DNA of 64,000 nucleotides, taken from an uncultured bacterium. GTDB taxonomy: Bacteria > Babelota > Babeliae > Babelales > Babelaceae. How positions within the stretch are numbered: the stretch's first letter is position 1; the number at the start of each line of letters is the position of its first letter. The DNA is taken from positions 256,001 through 320,000 of the forward strand of contig CAVRKK010000001.1 in assembly GCA_963722385.1 (NCBI GenBank). Reading direction: 5' to 3'. The position numbers were made by a program, and so were the translations under genes. Under the pieces are notes generated by a model that did no database searches, was not told the DNA's origin, and saw nothing but the letters and a program-made list of their open reading frames with translations. Positions 50,827 to 61,137 of the stretch are shown here, piece after piece.

Positions 50827-52215
50827 TTACTCGGTAACCTCACGAACAAGATTTTCAAGGCCCAGCGAGTTTGAACCCTTAACAAGAACTACACACTCAT
50901 TCGTGAGGCGCGCTGTCAGGCAGCTTAAAGCTTGCTTCCATGTAGGAACAACCTCACAGGTTACATAGGTAGGCATAGTTTTTTGTGCCCACTTAACGTT
51001 ATCTCCAACTAAAACAACATGTTGCAATGAAGGCACTTTACGTAAGAACCTACCAAGTTGCCTATGCCAAAATGGAGCGTTGACGCCGAGCTCAAGCATG
51101 TCGCCCAAAACCGCAATTTTATGACCTTTCTCGTCAAGCTTCTCAAAGGCAAGCAATGCTGCTTTCATGCTTTCGGGGCTTGCATTATAGCAATCGTCTA
51201 TGAGGACACCCTTTTTTGCTTTTATAAGCCGCCGCTCAAACCTGCTTGGCACCGGCGTATGCGACTGGAGCCCTGCAATAATCATCGCTGCAGGTATCCC
51301 AATAACATGGGCAGCTGCGCATGCCGCAAGACCATTCATAACCGGTCCCATGTGGTTGGTTGACATCGACACGCGTAAGCGATCACGATAAAGCTTTAAA
51401 ATGAAATTTGTGTTTTGACCAAGAACTTGAATCTTACGTGCCTGGACCTGATTGGTCATCTTACACCCAATTCTAATAACAGGATGTGAATATGCAATCG
51501 ACGTGAGCAACGGCTGGTCGCCGTTAATAATGCCTATACTATCTTCTTTAAAATATTTAAAAATATCACGCTTTTCGCTCGCAATGTCGTTAATCGAGCC
51601 AAGTCCCTCCATATGACTATGGCCAATAGCGGTAATAATAGCGGTTGTTGGTCGTACCATTCCAGCAATAAGCGACATTTCTCCACGCTTGTTTATACCC
51701 ATTTCAAAAATTGCAACATCATGGTCAGCTCGCATCTTCAAAATATTTAAGGCTGCTCCTATAACGGTATTTTGGTTGCCTGATGATGCTACATATTTTT
51801 TTCCAGCCTGCTGCACTATATGGGCAAGCATCTCTTTGGTCGATGTTTTTCCTACCGAACCTGTAATGCCTATGATGGGATAATTAAACTGTGCTCGCCA
51901 GGCAGTAGCAAGCGCTTCGAGGGCTCGACAACTGTCAGGAACAACGGCTATAGCAAGACTTGCCTTTTGTTCAGCACCAAGCTTTTGTAGGCAGTCTTGT
52001 CGGGATTGGCTTACTATAATCCCCCGCGCACCCCGCGCAATAGCCTCCTGCATAAAATCATGGCCATCCAGGCGCACTCCCTTAAGAGCAACAAAGATCT
52101 CACCTGGTTTGATCACCCGAGAATCTACAGCAAACGAAGATTCTTCAGGAAAGTCTGTACCGTAAAAAATTGCTTCCGGAATTACCGATTTTACGAACTC
52201 TCTATTAAAACGCAT
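50827..52215 (-). CDS. murF: UDP-N-acetylmuramoyl-tripeptide--D-Ala-D-Ala ligase
   Basis: DSR, GITGSVGKTSTK, EMG, DDCYNASPESM, LGDMLELG, VLVKGS. Confidence 0.95.
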   Translation of the reverse strand: MRFNREFVKSVIPEAIFYGTDFPEESSFAVDSRVIKPGEIFVALKGVRLDGHDFMQEAIARGARGIIVSQSRQDCLQKLGAEQKASLAIAVVPDSCRALEALATAWRAQFNYPIIGITGSVGKTSTKEMLAHIVQQAGKKYVASSGNQNTVIGAALNILKMRADHDVAIFEMGINKRGEMSLIAGMVRPTTAIITAIGHSHMEGLGSINDIASEKRDIFKYFKEDSIGIINGDQPLLTSIAYSHPVIRIGCKMTNQVQARKIQVLGQNTNFILKLYRDRLRVSMSTNHMGPVMNGLAACAAAHVIGIPAAMIIAGLQSHTPVPSRFERRLIKAKKGVLIDDCYNASPESMKAALLAFEKLDEKGHKIAVLGDMLELGVNAPFWHRQLGRFLRKVPSLQHVVLVGDNVKWAQKTMPTYVTCEVVPTWKQALSCLTARLTNECVVLVKGSNSLGLENLVREVTE

Positions 52216-52308
52216 TGGACATTCCCCATTGGTTAGTATGCTCATATGGTACGACGTACAAAAATGATCCCATTTTGTACATTTGTCAAGAAATAAGTTA
52301 AAAAGGTT

Positions 52309-52959
52309 TTAATCATAACGTGGTTGATACGAAGAAAGCTGAGTTTCTTGCCATATTTCTACAATAATTTTCTCGATATCTTGATCAGTGTCGGTGGTTA
52401 ACGTTTCCTGCAGCTTGAAGTTGATACATGAGAACGTACGGCGAACACCCAGAGAAGGCAGAGGTATCGAAAGCGGGCCCAACCATGAACATCCGAGAAT
52501 AAGCACCAATGAGGCCCACAAAAGAGCGATTATCACTATATTGCCTAAGCCATTGCTGATGGCCAAGCAACCAAATATAAAATCACCGAGTGCACCTCCA
52601 TCACCTTTTTCGCTTGTTAGAAACCATGCTAAACTCGATATTATAAGCGTAAATCCTGCGAGCCGTTGCATAAGGTCATGATAATTCGCTTTGCCTACAA
52701 GCATTACACCTATCAAAATAAGCAATACGTAAATGGTTTGGCCAAACAAAGCAATCAAAACGCTTGCCATATAAGCGCCACCTGCGCCAAGAGCATTATT
52801 GCATGCTCTTGGCATACTATCTTCGTAAAGCCACGATTCGTCATGGGGATTATACGTTATAAGCGCGATGATGCTCAAGCATAACGCAGCGATAAGCACG
52901 CAGCGGCCTACCATAAACACGTACTCGGGTATTTTTCGTAAAGGATCAAAAATGCGCAT
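52309..52959 (-). CDS. stand-alone FtsK 4TM-like membrane protein
   Basis: YNPHD.SW, N.LG..GAY.A..L..LFG, GG.LG; no motor domain. Confidence 0.6.
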   Translation of the reverse strand: MRIFDPLRKIPEYVFMVGRCVLIAALCLSIIALITYNPHDESWLYEDSMPRACNNALGAGGAYMASVLIALFGQTIYVLLILIGVMLVGKANYHDLMQRLAGFTLIISSLAWFLTSEKGDGGALGDFIFGCLAISNGLGNIVIIALLWASLVLILGCSWLGPLSIPLPSLGVRRTFSCINFKLQETLTTDTDQDIEKIIVEIWQETQLSSYQPRYD

Positions 52960-53023
52960 GAGCGTTTCCTTTCTTATGTTCACGGCAGTGTGCTCAATTT
53001 TTGGTAGTATATACCGACCTGCT

Positions 53024-53797
53024 TTAGAAAAAAAAGGAGATGAAGCAAGGCACAATGAGGTAAATTCCAAAATGCCACCAGGTTCCCTGTAATGCCATCC
53101 GGTAAGTCATCCACAAGGTAAAATACGAGATAATGCCTCCCACAAAGAGGCACAGAGGTAACAATCCTCCAACCATGCAGGGAAGATCATTATCACACAT
53201 GCTTTTTAAGAAAGCCACCATAATCAACGGCCATTCGATCGTCAAAGAAAACATAAAAGACGTAGAAGGCGCAAGGCCCAGCCAACGCCCCATGCTATAG
53301 GTCGATCCCAAGCGAGAAATTCCCGGGAGCAAGGATACCCCTTGGATGCAGCCGATAACAAAGGCTTGCCAAGGCTTGATAATCGTCATACCTTGACGAC
53401 CAGCCCTATCCGATTTAATCAGCGACAAAGCAGCGAGCGCACTTATGGCAAAACCAAACCACAAAGAGATTGTTATTGCACATGACTTGAAAAAAAAATA
53501 GCATATGACCGTAGGAATTTCAGCACAGACACCAAGTGTAAGCAACCACATGAGGGAGGCCCTTGCGCGCCACGGATGCTTAAGCATCAAAAGCCATCGC
53601 CGCTTTAAAAATAGTGTTAGAATTATAACACTTGGACCATGCAATATAGATTCGCAATTTGATAACGAAAAAAAATTAACAATCTGAGCATCCCCAAAAA
53701 GTTGTACGAGAAGTCGCAGATGACCCGAGCTGCTAATCGGTAACGACTCGGCAACAAGATGAAGAAGAAATAAAAAGCACAAAATTTTTGTAAACAT
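53024..53797 (-). CDS. uppP: undecaprenyl-diphosphate phosphatase
   Basis: ESLPISSSGH and Q..SLLPGISR.G.T motifs. Confidence 0.88.
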   Translation of the reverse strand: MFTKILCFLFLLHLVAESLPISSSGHLRLLVQLFGDAQIVNFFSLSNCESILHGPSVIILTLFLKRRWLLMLKHPWRARASLMWLLTLGVCAEIPTVICYFFFKSCAITISLWFGFAISALAALSLIKSDRAGRQGMTIIKPWQAFVIGCIQGVSLLPGISRLGSTYSMGRWLGLAPSTSFMFSLTIEWPLIMVAFLKSMCDNDLPCMVGGLLPLCLFVGGIISYFTLWMTYRMALQGTWWHFGIYLIVPCFISFFF

Positions 53798-54093
53798 AGA
53801 CTTGATCGATCAATTGGCTCAATATAAAAGTGGTTTTTATGCGTATTTCACCCAAATATCTTTGTATATAACAAGAACATTCTACGATTAACTGTTGCAA
53901 TCTCAAAATCTTTTGTCTAAATTATAGACCGACTACTAAATAGATACCATCAATTATGGTCAAAAATTTTGAGAGAGGTTGAAAGGGGGTATAAAAGATC
54001 AACAAGCGAACACGTATAGAAATATAATTCAGCATATCGGTTGTTTCTCGATTAGACGGTAATCGAGTTAAGTCATACATAGGGAGTACTTAA

Positions 54094-56019
54094 ATGAAAC
54101 AATTCGCGAAACCGTTCTTATCTGCCTTATTGCTTCTGTCAGTTGCAGCAGAAGCTGTTGAATCAGGCTCAGGGTCTGGCTCAACAATAGCGTCAACATT
54201 TTCTGGTGGCACCGGATCAGGTCAGACACAGAATTCCGACGGCGGCAAAAAAGCCTCTGGACGGTCTGGCTCTGAACGCTGTGGCGACAAACATGGTGGC
54301 CAAGCATGCAGCTCAACCCTCTTCCTTCCACGACCACAGGGTTCGAACGAAGCACGCTTCTTAAATCCACTGTGGTATGGACCTGATGGCGAACAATGTT
54401 TGTATCTTGACATTGGCTACCGCTACCGCCAATCATGGAAAGGCGATAGAATCGCTCGATGCATTTTTGGCTCCGACAAGATTGAGTTTGCTGGAAGCCA
54501 AGCCGATCATAAAAAAGGCGAATTTCTTGCAGACAACATCGGCCTTGCACCTAACTTCCGTGGCACCTTAAAACTAGAGCCAAGAATCCGCGATCACATG
54601 TTTGACTTTGAGACTCGCTGGGAACTTGGCAGCTGTATGGAATGTCTCGAGGGTGCTTACTTTAAATTAAGGGGTACTGTTGTACATACACGTTGGGAAC
54701 TTCGTGAATGTGAAACCATTACTACATCGACCAATACAACCTTCTCTAACTTCGCACCAGGCTACATGTCCTCGGTCGAGTCGAGCGATGGATCGCTTCC
54801 AGGAGTTAACGCAACAGATAGCATAATTACCGCCTTAAGTGGTAACTTTACGTTTGGCGATAACACCGAGCCATGGAGATTTGGCCGTTTTAAAGGGCGC
54901 GATAATACCACAAACCTTGCCAACCTTGATTTGATGCTTGGTTATGACTTCTTGCTCTGTGATGAATACCACCTTGGTGCCTATATCAAAACAACGGCGC
55001 CAACAGGTACGAAGCCTAACAGCCAAGAGGTATTTCAGGCTATAGCTGGTAACGCACATCACTGGGAATTAGGTGGTGGTCTTGATGCCCACTATGAATT
55101 CTGGAATTGCGATGATCAATCGTTAGCTGTATGGTTAAATGGTTATGTTACGCACTTGTTTAAGGACACACAATGGCGCTCATTTGACCTGAAAAGTTCA
55201 CGCGACAACTCTGGTTGCCTAAGCCGCTATACCTTGCTCAAGGAATTTACCCCTGACAACAAATATGCAGGTCACTTGATCCCAGGTGTTAACTGGCTTG
55301 GTCGTCGGGTAGAATCCTCATTTGCAGTACAAGGCGATGCAGCACTTCGCTTGCTCTATCGTAGCTGCGGATGGGCTCTAGGCGTTGGTTATAACGTCTT
55401 TGGACGCACCCATGAGAAATTGGAAAATGCTTGCCAAAGCGAGTGCACTGATACGCTGACACGAAGAGTTGGCATCAAGGGCACAAGCGATGTCAGAAAT
55501 CCATCAAGGGCCAGCGCAACCGACTCTAGGGTTTCGTCAGCAACACAAAGCCAGCACCGTCCTATGGGTGACCATACTGTCGGCATAGACAATGCAACTC
55601 CGCTTAACGATTATGTAACAGCTGCAAGCGCTCGCACCGGCGATGATCATCAGGCTCATGACTCGCTTTCTGGCAGTGAAAATCAAAAGCGCGAGCCGAA
55701 GTTGCTCGTATGTGAAAGAGACATCAACTTTGGTGGCGAAGAGCGCGTTTCTGGACGCAAGAACAGCAAAGATGGCAAAGCAGGCAAAGATAGCAGCGAA
55801 GGCGAGCTGAAGGAAGAGCACAGAGAACATCGTGGCGTGCGCAGCTACCTTAGCCACAAATTCTTCGCGACTATCGACTATCAATGGGAAGAGTACTGTG
55901 ACGATTACAGACCGTTCCTTGGTGTCGGCGGTGAAGTAGAATTTGCACAAAATGGTGAATGCCATGTATGTACACCTAACCTTTGGGGTGCTTGGGTACG
56001 TACCGGCGTTAACTTCTAA
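54094..56019 (+). CDS. Cys-rich outer-membrane beta-barrel-like protein, copy 1
   Basis: GGGAG SD, signal peptide, Gly/Ser linker, C-terminal WGAWVRTGVNF. Confidence 0.7.
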   Translation: MKQFAKPFLSALLLLSVAAEAVESGSGSGSTIASTFSGGTGSGQTQNSDGGKKASGRSGSERCGDKHGGQACSSTLFLPRPQGSNEARFLNPLWYGPDGEQCLYLDIGYRYRQSWKGDRIARCIFGSDKIEFAGSQADHKKGEFLADNIGLAPNFRGTLKLEPRIRDHMFDFETRWELGSCMECLEGAYFKLRGTVVHTRWELRECETITTSTNTTFSNFAPGYMSSVESSDGSLPGVNATDSIITALSGNFTFGDNTEPWRFGRFKGRDNTTNLANLDLMLGYDFLLCDEYHLGAYIKTTAPTGTKPNSQEVFQAIAGNAHHWELGGGLDAHYEFWNCDDQSLAVWLNGYVTHLFKDTQWRSFDLKSSRDNSGCLSRYTLLKEFTPDNKYAGHLIPGVNWLGRRVESSFAVQGDAALRLLYRSCGWALGVGYNVFGRTHEKLENACQSECTDTLTRRVGIKGTSDVRNPSRASATDSRVSSATQSQHRPMGDHTVGIDNATPLNDYVTAASARTGDDHQAHDSLSGSENQKREPKLLVCERDINFGGEERVSGRKNSKDGKAGKDSSEGELKEEHREHRGVRSYLSHKFFATIDYQWEEYCDDYRPFLGVGGEVEFAQNGECHVCTPNLWGAWVRTGVNF

Positions 56020-56042
56020 CTTTGGTTTTATTAACCAAGTTC

Positions 56043-56078
56043 AAACAGGGACTGCTTGTTAGCAGTCCCTGTTTTTTT
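56043..56078 (+). terminator. intrinsic terminator
   Basis: AAACAGGGACTGCT-TGTT-AGCAGTCCCTGTTT-TTTT. Confidence 0.9.
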
Positions 56079-56146
56079 GTAGAGCACTCTTCCTATTTGT
56101 TGATAAATGCGGTAGGATAACCTAGCACAACAAATGGGGAGTATTC

Positions 56147-58009
56147 ATGTATAGCAAAATTAGGCCTTATCGTCTGTTTCTCGTACTATCTTTAATAAGT
56201 ATTCAGCCAATTCGAGCGGCGTCATGCGCAGAAAACCGGCGCGGTTCGGCTCATTCTTTTGATTGTAGTGATTGTGGCCATGAGACTCCTAATGCTTCTT
56301 CAGAGTCTGGATGTGGTAAAAGTTGTGTGGATGGTGTCGGCACGCCATTCTTGCCGCGGCCTCAAGGGCTAAACTCGGCAGCTCTTTTTAATCCTTTCTA
56401 TTATGGGTGTGGCATTGAGGATCGCTGCATGAGCTTTTCACTCGGCTATAGGTACAACCAAATCTTTAGAGAGAGGCGATTAGCTCGGTGCCTCTTTGGT
56501 TCGGAAACATTGCGCTTTAAGGGAAGTCAGGTTCACCAAGCGCTCCACGACAACAAAAAAATATTTTTAGCAGATAATTTTGGGTTAGCCCCTGACTTTC
56601 AGGGCAAGCTTATGGTCAAGCCAAAGATCAAAAATCATATTATCGATATTATGACGCGTGTTGAGCTGGGCAGCTGGGCAGAGACTTTTGCAGGAGCGTA
56701 TTTGGCATTTAACGCATCTGTTGTTCATAGTGTATGGCAACTAAATCCCTGCGAAACGAGGCAAACCGCTACGCGGGTTGATAACACGTTTGCTCAATTA
56801 CCACCATGCTACATGGCAAGCACTACCAACTCGAGTATAGAGCCTGCAGGAGACCTGAATACTGCTCTGAGCGGAGATTTTCTCTTCGGGGACATGCAAA
56901 GCGTGTGGCGGTTCGGACGATTTGAAGGTGATGATGGTCGGCAGCGAAGAGATACAAAGCTTGCCAACATTGATATTATTCTCGGTTATGACTTTGTTGG
57001 CGAAAGTTACCATGTAGGCGGGTTTCTTAAGGGCGTAGCCCCCACGGGTACTCAGCCTGATAGCAGGACCGTATTTCAAGCAATTATCGGGAATGGTCAC
57101 CACTGGGAATTCGGTGGCGGTGTTGATGCCCATTACGACCTATGGATGCAGGGCGATCATTGCTTAGGTGCGTATCTTAACGGTTGCGTTACACATTTGT
57201 TCAAAGATACGCAATGGCGAACGTTTGACTTCAAGAAAGCTAAGCATCCTCATGTTTCAGGGTTTTTTAGCCGTTATGTTTTGCTTAAAGAATTTGATGC
57301 CAGCGGTAATTACGCTGACAGGTTAATCAATGCTGTTAATTTTACGACACGCCGAATTAAGTCGTCATTTGACGTTCAAGGTGATGCGTCACTACGGCTG
57401 ATCTATCGTTTAAAACGATGCGAAGACGAGGGCGAGCTTGCTATTGGGGTAGGTTATAACGTCTACGGTCGTAGCCAAGAGGATATTAGCGGCCTTTGTG
57501 ATTGCTGTCCCGAATTTTCTAATCGTCGCTTTGGAATAAAGGGTGTTAACGGGGTATGTGCGCGAGAATTTATACCAAATGTCGGCCTAACAGGAGAAAC
57601 ACGCAGCTTATCATCAACTTCACACAAAGCCCGCATCTTTGACGACCGGCAGGTTCTTAAGCAAGTAGATCATGCGGTAAAGCTTGAGAGCCCATTATTT
57701 GTGGCTTGGAACAGCCCAACTAATCCCGAGACACCTGAGCAAGACCTGATCGTAGCTGAGGACTCGGAGATCGATGGGGCGCCAGCGCCAGTTTTAGTTT
57801 CTCAAAATGATCTTGATATTAAGCGTATTCCTGGGCAGTTAACTCACAAGGTCTTTGCACATATTGATTATCAATGGCAAGATTGCTCGGGTTGGCAGCC
57901 GTATTTTGGTGTCGGCGGTGAGGCTGAATTTGCCGATAGCAACGACGCTTGTCGCTCATGCACGGCAAATCAGTGGGGTGTCTGGGTCCGCGGCGGTGCC
58001 AATTTCTAA
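56147..58009 (+). CDS. Cys-rich outer-membrane beta-barrel-like protein, copy 2
   Basis: Paralog of 54094: FLPRPQG, LADNxGL, APTGT.P, GN.HHWE.GGG, HK.FA.IDYQW, WG.WVR.G.NF. Confidence 0.7.
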   Translation: MYSKIRPYRLFLVLSLISIQPIRAASCAENRRGSAHSFDCSDCGHETPNASSESGCGKSCVDGVGTPFLPRPQGLNSAALFNPFYYGCGIEDRCMSFSLGYRYNQIFRERRLARCLFGSETLRFKGSQVHQALHDNKKIFLADNFGLAPDFQGKLMVKPKIKNHIIDIMTRVELGSWAETFAGAYLAFNASVVHSVWQLNPCETRQTATRVDNTFAQLPPCYMASTTNSSIEPAGDLNTALSGDFLFGDMQSVWRFGRFEGDDGRQRRDTKLANIDIILGYDFVGESYHVGGFLKGVAPTGTQPDSRTVFQAIIGNGHHWEFGGGVDAHYDLWMQGDHCLGAYLNGCVTHLFKDTQWRTFDFKKAKHPHVSGFFSRYVLLKEFDASGNYADRLINAVNFTTRRIKSSFDVQGDASLRLIYRLKRCEDEGELAIGVGYNVYGRSQEDISGLCDCCPEFSNRRFGIKGVNGVCAREFIPNVGLTGETRSLSSTSHKARIFDDRQVLKQVDHAVKLESPLFVAWNSPTNPETPEQDLIVAEDSEIDGAPAPVLVSQNDLDIKRIPGQLTHKVFAHIDYQWQDCSGWQPYFGVGGEAEFADSNDACRSCTANQWGVWVRGGANF

Positions 58010-58026
58010 ATCGAAGTGAACTGAAT

Positions 58027-58369
58027 CGCCTGCGCGGCTAGCGGCTAAGGAACATCGTCCCTTAGCAATCCCGATGCAATATGCAAAGTAAAGCATGCGG
58101 GTTAGGCTTGGCAAGTAGTTATCGTACGCTTTTGCGGACGATAACTTACACCATTATCATGTGCTGCATGATAAAACTCAATATCGCTTTCTATTCTCCA
58201 TCAGGAGAATTGCGTTTGCTATGATCATGCGCCCCGCATGGTTATAGCATTGAAACAGAAAAACATAGAGCAATTAAGCAAGAGAGACAAATCGACAGGT
58301 GCAGGAGCACGCTCCTGCTGCCCGCTGCATAGGCGCGCTCGATGCGTAGTCGCACCAGCCGTGCAGGCG
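58027..58369 (+). ncRNA. candidate large structured RNA of unknown class
   Basis: 13-bp terminal helix plus at least 7 internal hairpins; G-U pairs form on the plus strand only. Confidence 0.55.
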
Positions 58370-58381
58370 TATAATATTTGC

Positions 58382-58633
58382 TTAAATAGACTGCTTGAGT
58401 TGGGCGACGTAATCGATAACTTGCCCAATGTTATGAATCTTCTCTGCCTGCTCGTCGCTGATCTCGATGCCAAAATGCTCTTCAAGCTTCATAATGATCT
58501 CAATGCGGTCCAAAGAGTCAGCGCCCAGCTTTTCAAGCGTATCATCATCATGAAGTGCCGTCACCGGCTTGCTGAGCTGCTCTGCGATAATCGAGAGGGC
58601 TTCTTGACGAATACGCTCTTTGTCACTCAACAT
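58382..58633 (-). CDS. acpP: acyl carrier protein
   Basis: LGADSLD.IEIIM.LEE.FGIEISD. Confidence 0.95.
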   Translation of the reverse strand: MLSDKERIRQEALSIIAEQLSKPVTALHDDDTLEKLGADSLDRIEIIMKLEEHFGIEISDEQAEKIHNIGQVIDYVAQLKQSI

Positions 58634-58640
58634 ACTGCTC

Positions 58641-60062
58641 CTAAGACTCGTGAGGGTTTATAAGAAAGACCGCTTGCAGCCGCTTTATAACCTCATCTCT
58701 GCCAAGCGTTGTAAGCACAGCGTAAAGGTTCGGGCTTGTAGGCTTACCCAATAGCGCAATACGTAACGGCAACGCTAGTTCCGGCAGCTTAACCTTAAAG
58801 CGCTGACAAAGCTCCTTAACCACCATCTCGCTTGAGGTGACCGTTAACATGTCGACATCTTTACATGCCTGGACAAGCGCATCAGCGTACTCCTCAATGA
58901 ACAATGGGTACTCTTTAAGCGCTGCTAACTCCTCAGGCGTGGGTCCCAGAGCGAGTGCTTTAATATGCCCCATTAACTCGCCTAAAGTTTTGCTACGGTC
59001 TTGAAACAATGCGATATAGGAACATAAATGCTCATCGGACAGCCAGCTTAAGCATGCTTGAAACCCTGGATCACAATCACGCAAAATAAGCCGCAAAAGA
59101 TCATGCGAGGACGCTTGGCGAATATATATACTGTTCATCCATTCAAGCTTATTAATATCAAAAACAGCACCCTTCTTGCCAACCCCATCAAGCGAAAAAT
59201 AACGAATCAGCTCGTCCTTGGTAAAAATCTCTTGATCGCCATGCGACCAGCCAAGACGAACCAAATAATTGCAAAGCGCTTCTGCTAAAAATCCAGCACG
59301 TTGGTAATCTATCACGGCTGTCGCAGCATCCCGCTTGCTCAGCCGATTACCATGAGGACCCAAAATTAATGAAAGATGGGCAAACAAGGGGACATCAAAC
59401 TCACATGCCTGATACAGCAATACCTGCTTGGGCGTGTTAGAAATATGGTCCTCACCACGAATAACATGCGTTATTCCCATGTCAGCGTCATCAACCACAA
59501 CAACAAAGTTATACATGGGCGAGCCGTCGGACCTTACCATAATAAAGTCATCAAATTGCTCCCTTTTAAAGGTTACCTGCCCACGCACCAGATCATCAAA
59601 AGTTATTTCTTCAAAATCAGGAACCTTAAACCTAATAGCATACGGGAGAATGGTAGGCTCACCGACTCGGGAACGACAAAGGCCATCATATTGCGTATAG
59701 CCTTCACCTTCAGCAGCACTCTGACCTAACCGCTGCCGAAGCTCTTGCGGCGTGCAATAACAGGCATATGCTTTGCCTTGGGCAAGAAGCTTGTGCGCGA
59801 CCTCAAGATGCCGTTGCTTGCGTTCAGACTGTATCACCAATGGCTCGTCGCCTTCAATGCCTACCCAACTTAACGCTTTAATCAGCGCCTGCGTGTATTC
59901 GACAAGCGAGCGCTCAAGATCAGTATCTTCAATACGAATAAGAAAAACACCGCCATGATGACGAGCAAAAAGCCAATTAAAAAGCGCCGTTCGCAGGTTG
60001 CCAATATGCATGTACCCTGTTGGCGATGGCGCAAAGCGCACCCGAACTGGAGATGCTGCCAT
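58641..60062 (-). CDS. gltX: glutamate--tRNA ligase
   Basis: RFAPSPTG.HIG, RIEDTD, HVIRGEDH, RLSKR. Confidence 0.96.
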   Translation of the reverse strand: MAASPVRVRFAPSPTGYMHIGNLRTALFNWLFARHHGGVFLIRIEDTDLERSLVEYTQALIKALSWVGIEGDEPLVIQSERKQRHLEVAHKLLAQGKAYACYCTPQELRQRLGQSAAEGEGYTQYDGLCRSRVGEPTILPYAIRFKVPDFEEITFDDLVRGQVTFKREQFDDFIMVRSDGSPMYNFVVVVDDADMGITHVIRGEDHISNTPKQVLLYQACEFDVPLFAHLSLILGPHGNRLSKRDAATAVIDYQRAGFLAEALCNYLVRLGWSHGDQEIFTKDELIRYFSLDGVGKKGAVFDINKLEWMNSIYIRQASSHDLLRLILRDCDPGFQACLSWLSDEHLCSYIALFQDRSKTLGELMGHIKALALGPTPEELAALKEYPLFIEEYADALVQACKDVDMLTVTSSEMVVKELCQRFKVKLPELALPLRIALLGKPTSPNLYAVLTTLGRDEVIKRLQAVFLINPHES

Positions 60063-60071
60063 AAAGCCCCC

Positions 60072-60740
60072 TTATACGCGTGTGACGAGCGCTAATTGCC
60101 GTTGAGCGGAAATGGCCCACACAGAGTTTGATCCACCACGAGCCGCAAGCTGCGCCCATACCTGGTTTGCTCGACCTTTATTGCCGACTGCCAGAAAATA
60201 CGCACCAAGCTCATAGGCGGCCCAATCACGTTGCGGATTTTTAATGTCTGACGCTAAATTTTCAAGATCCCCCAACCCCTGCTCACGCATGGCTTGATCA
60301 ACACCGTCAATTTTCATAAGCGCCAACTTCGTAGCATAGAGGTAATATAATGGCGAAGACTTCTTTGCGCCGTTTACCACGTGAGCCGTTACTTCAAGGG
60401 CAGCCTCAGGCTTATTCGCATAAAGCAAAGATTGAGCTTTGTAGGCAAGAAAATAAGGGGCAAATGGCGTACCGCCGTACTTTTGATAACCAGCATCAAA
60501 GGCCGATATAACTTCCTCCCAATGCTGCATTGCTCGCTCAGCTTGCACGTTTTTTTCAAATTCGGTCAAGGCCTGCGAAAAAGCTTTCTGCGCTTCTTCT
60601 ACTTTTTTAGCTTCAAAATAAGCATAAGCACCCCAGATCGTTAACCCAAGAAGGGCACAACATACCAAAAACAACAAATAGCGAATATACTTATTTTTGT
60701 GGAGCGTAAAAACATAATCTTGTATCAGAAGCAAATCCAT
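60072..60740 (-). CDS. membrane-anchored TPR protein (YfgM-like)
   Basis: N-terminal TM followed by helical repeats (KYGGTPFA, ATKLA). Confidence 0.6.
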   Translation of the reverse strand: MDLLLIQDYVFTLHKNKYIRYLLFLVCCALLGLTIWGAYAYFEAKKVEEAQKAFSQALTEFEKNVQAERAMQHWEEVISAFDAGYQKYGGTPFAPYFLAYKAQSLLYANKPEAALEVTAHVVNGAKKSSPLYYLYATKLALMKIDGVDQAMREQGLGDLENLASDIKNPQRDWAAYELGAYFLAVGNKGRANQVWAQLAARGGSNSVWAISAQRQLALVTRV

Positions 60741-60781
60741 ACCTTAAGCTCTCCCCGTATTTTGATAGTACCATAATTTTC

Positions 60782-61054
60782 TTATTCACCCGGAGCTTCA
60801 GGCGCTTGGTTTGACGATGCCGCCTTTTGCCGCTTCGCTATAGCCTCCCGCTCTTCGCCACGTTTTAAGGTCCGATCAAGCTTCGTTTTTAACACCTTAC
60901 GACCCTTGTAAAAGCCACAGGTGGTGCAAACAACATGGGGCATAAGCGGCGATGTGCACTGCTCACACGCGGCAAACACCTGGGGCCGCAAAAATTTACA
61001 CGCAGAACGTTGGTCGCGGCGAGATTTACTTGTTTTACGTTTAGGTACTGGCAT
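60782..61054 (-). CDS. rpmF: 50S ribosomal protein L32
   Basis: MPVPKRKTSKSRRD.R, CxxC...PHVVCxxCGFYKGR. Confidence 0.95.
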   Translation of the reverse strand: MPVPKRKTSKSRRDQRSACKFLRPQVFAACEQCTSPLMPHVVCTTCGFYKGRKVLKTKLDRTLKRGEEREAIAKRQKAASSNQAPEAPGE

Positions 61055-61137
61055 GATAAAACTCCATTTATTAAAAGCTTTTTAATTTACCGCAATATCT
61101 TAAGTTTATAGCAAATTATCGCTTATGGCAAAGCAGA

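Noticed and set aside
58141..58174. tmRNA tag-like frame (LTPLSCAA**) in a hairpin
   Set aside because: No tRNA-like domain (GGGG 5' end, T-loop, CCA) nearby.
58225..58663. ORFs 58225-58485 and 58238-58663
   Set aside because: Overlap acpP and the structured region; no protein motifs.
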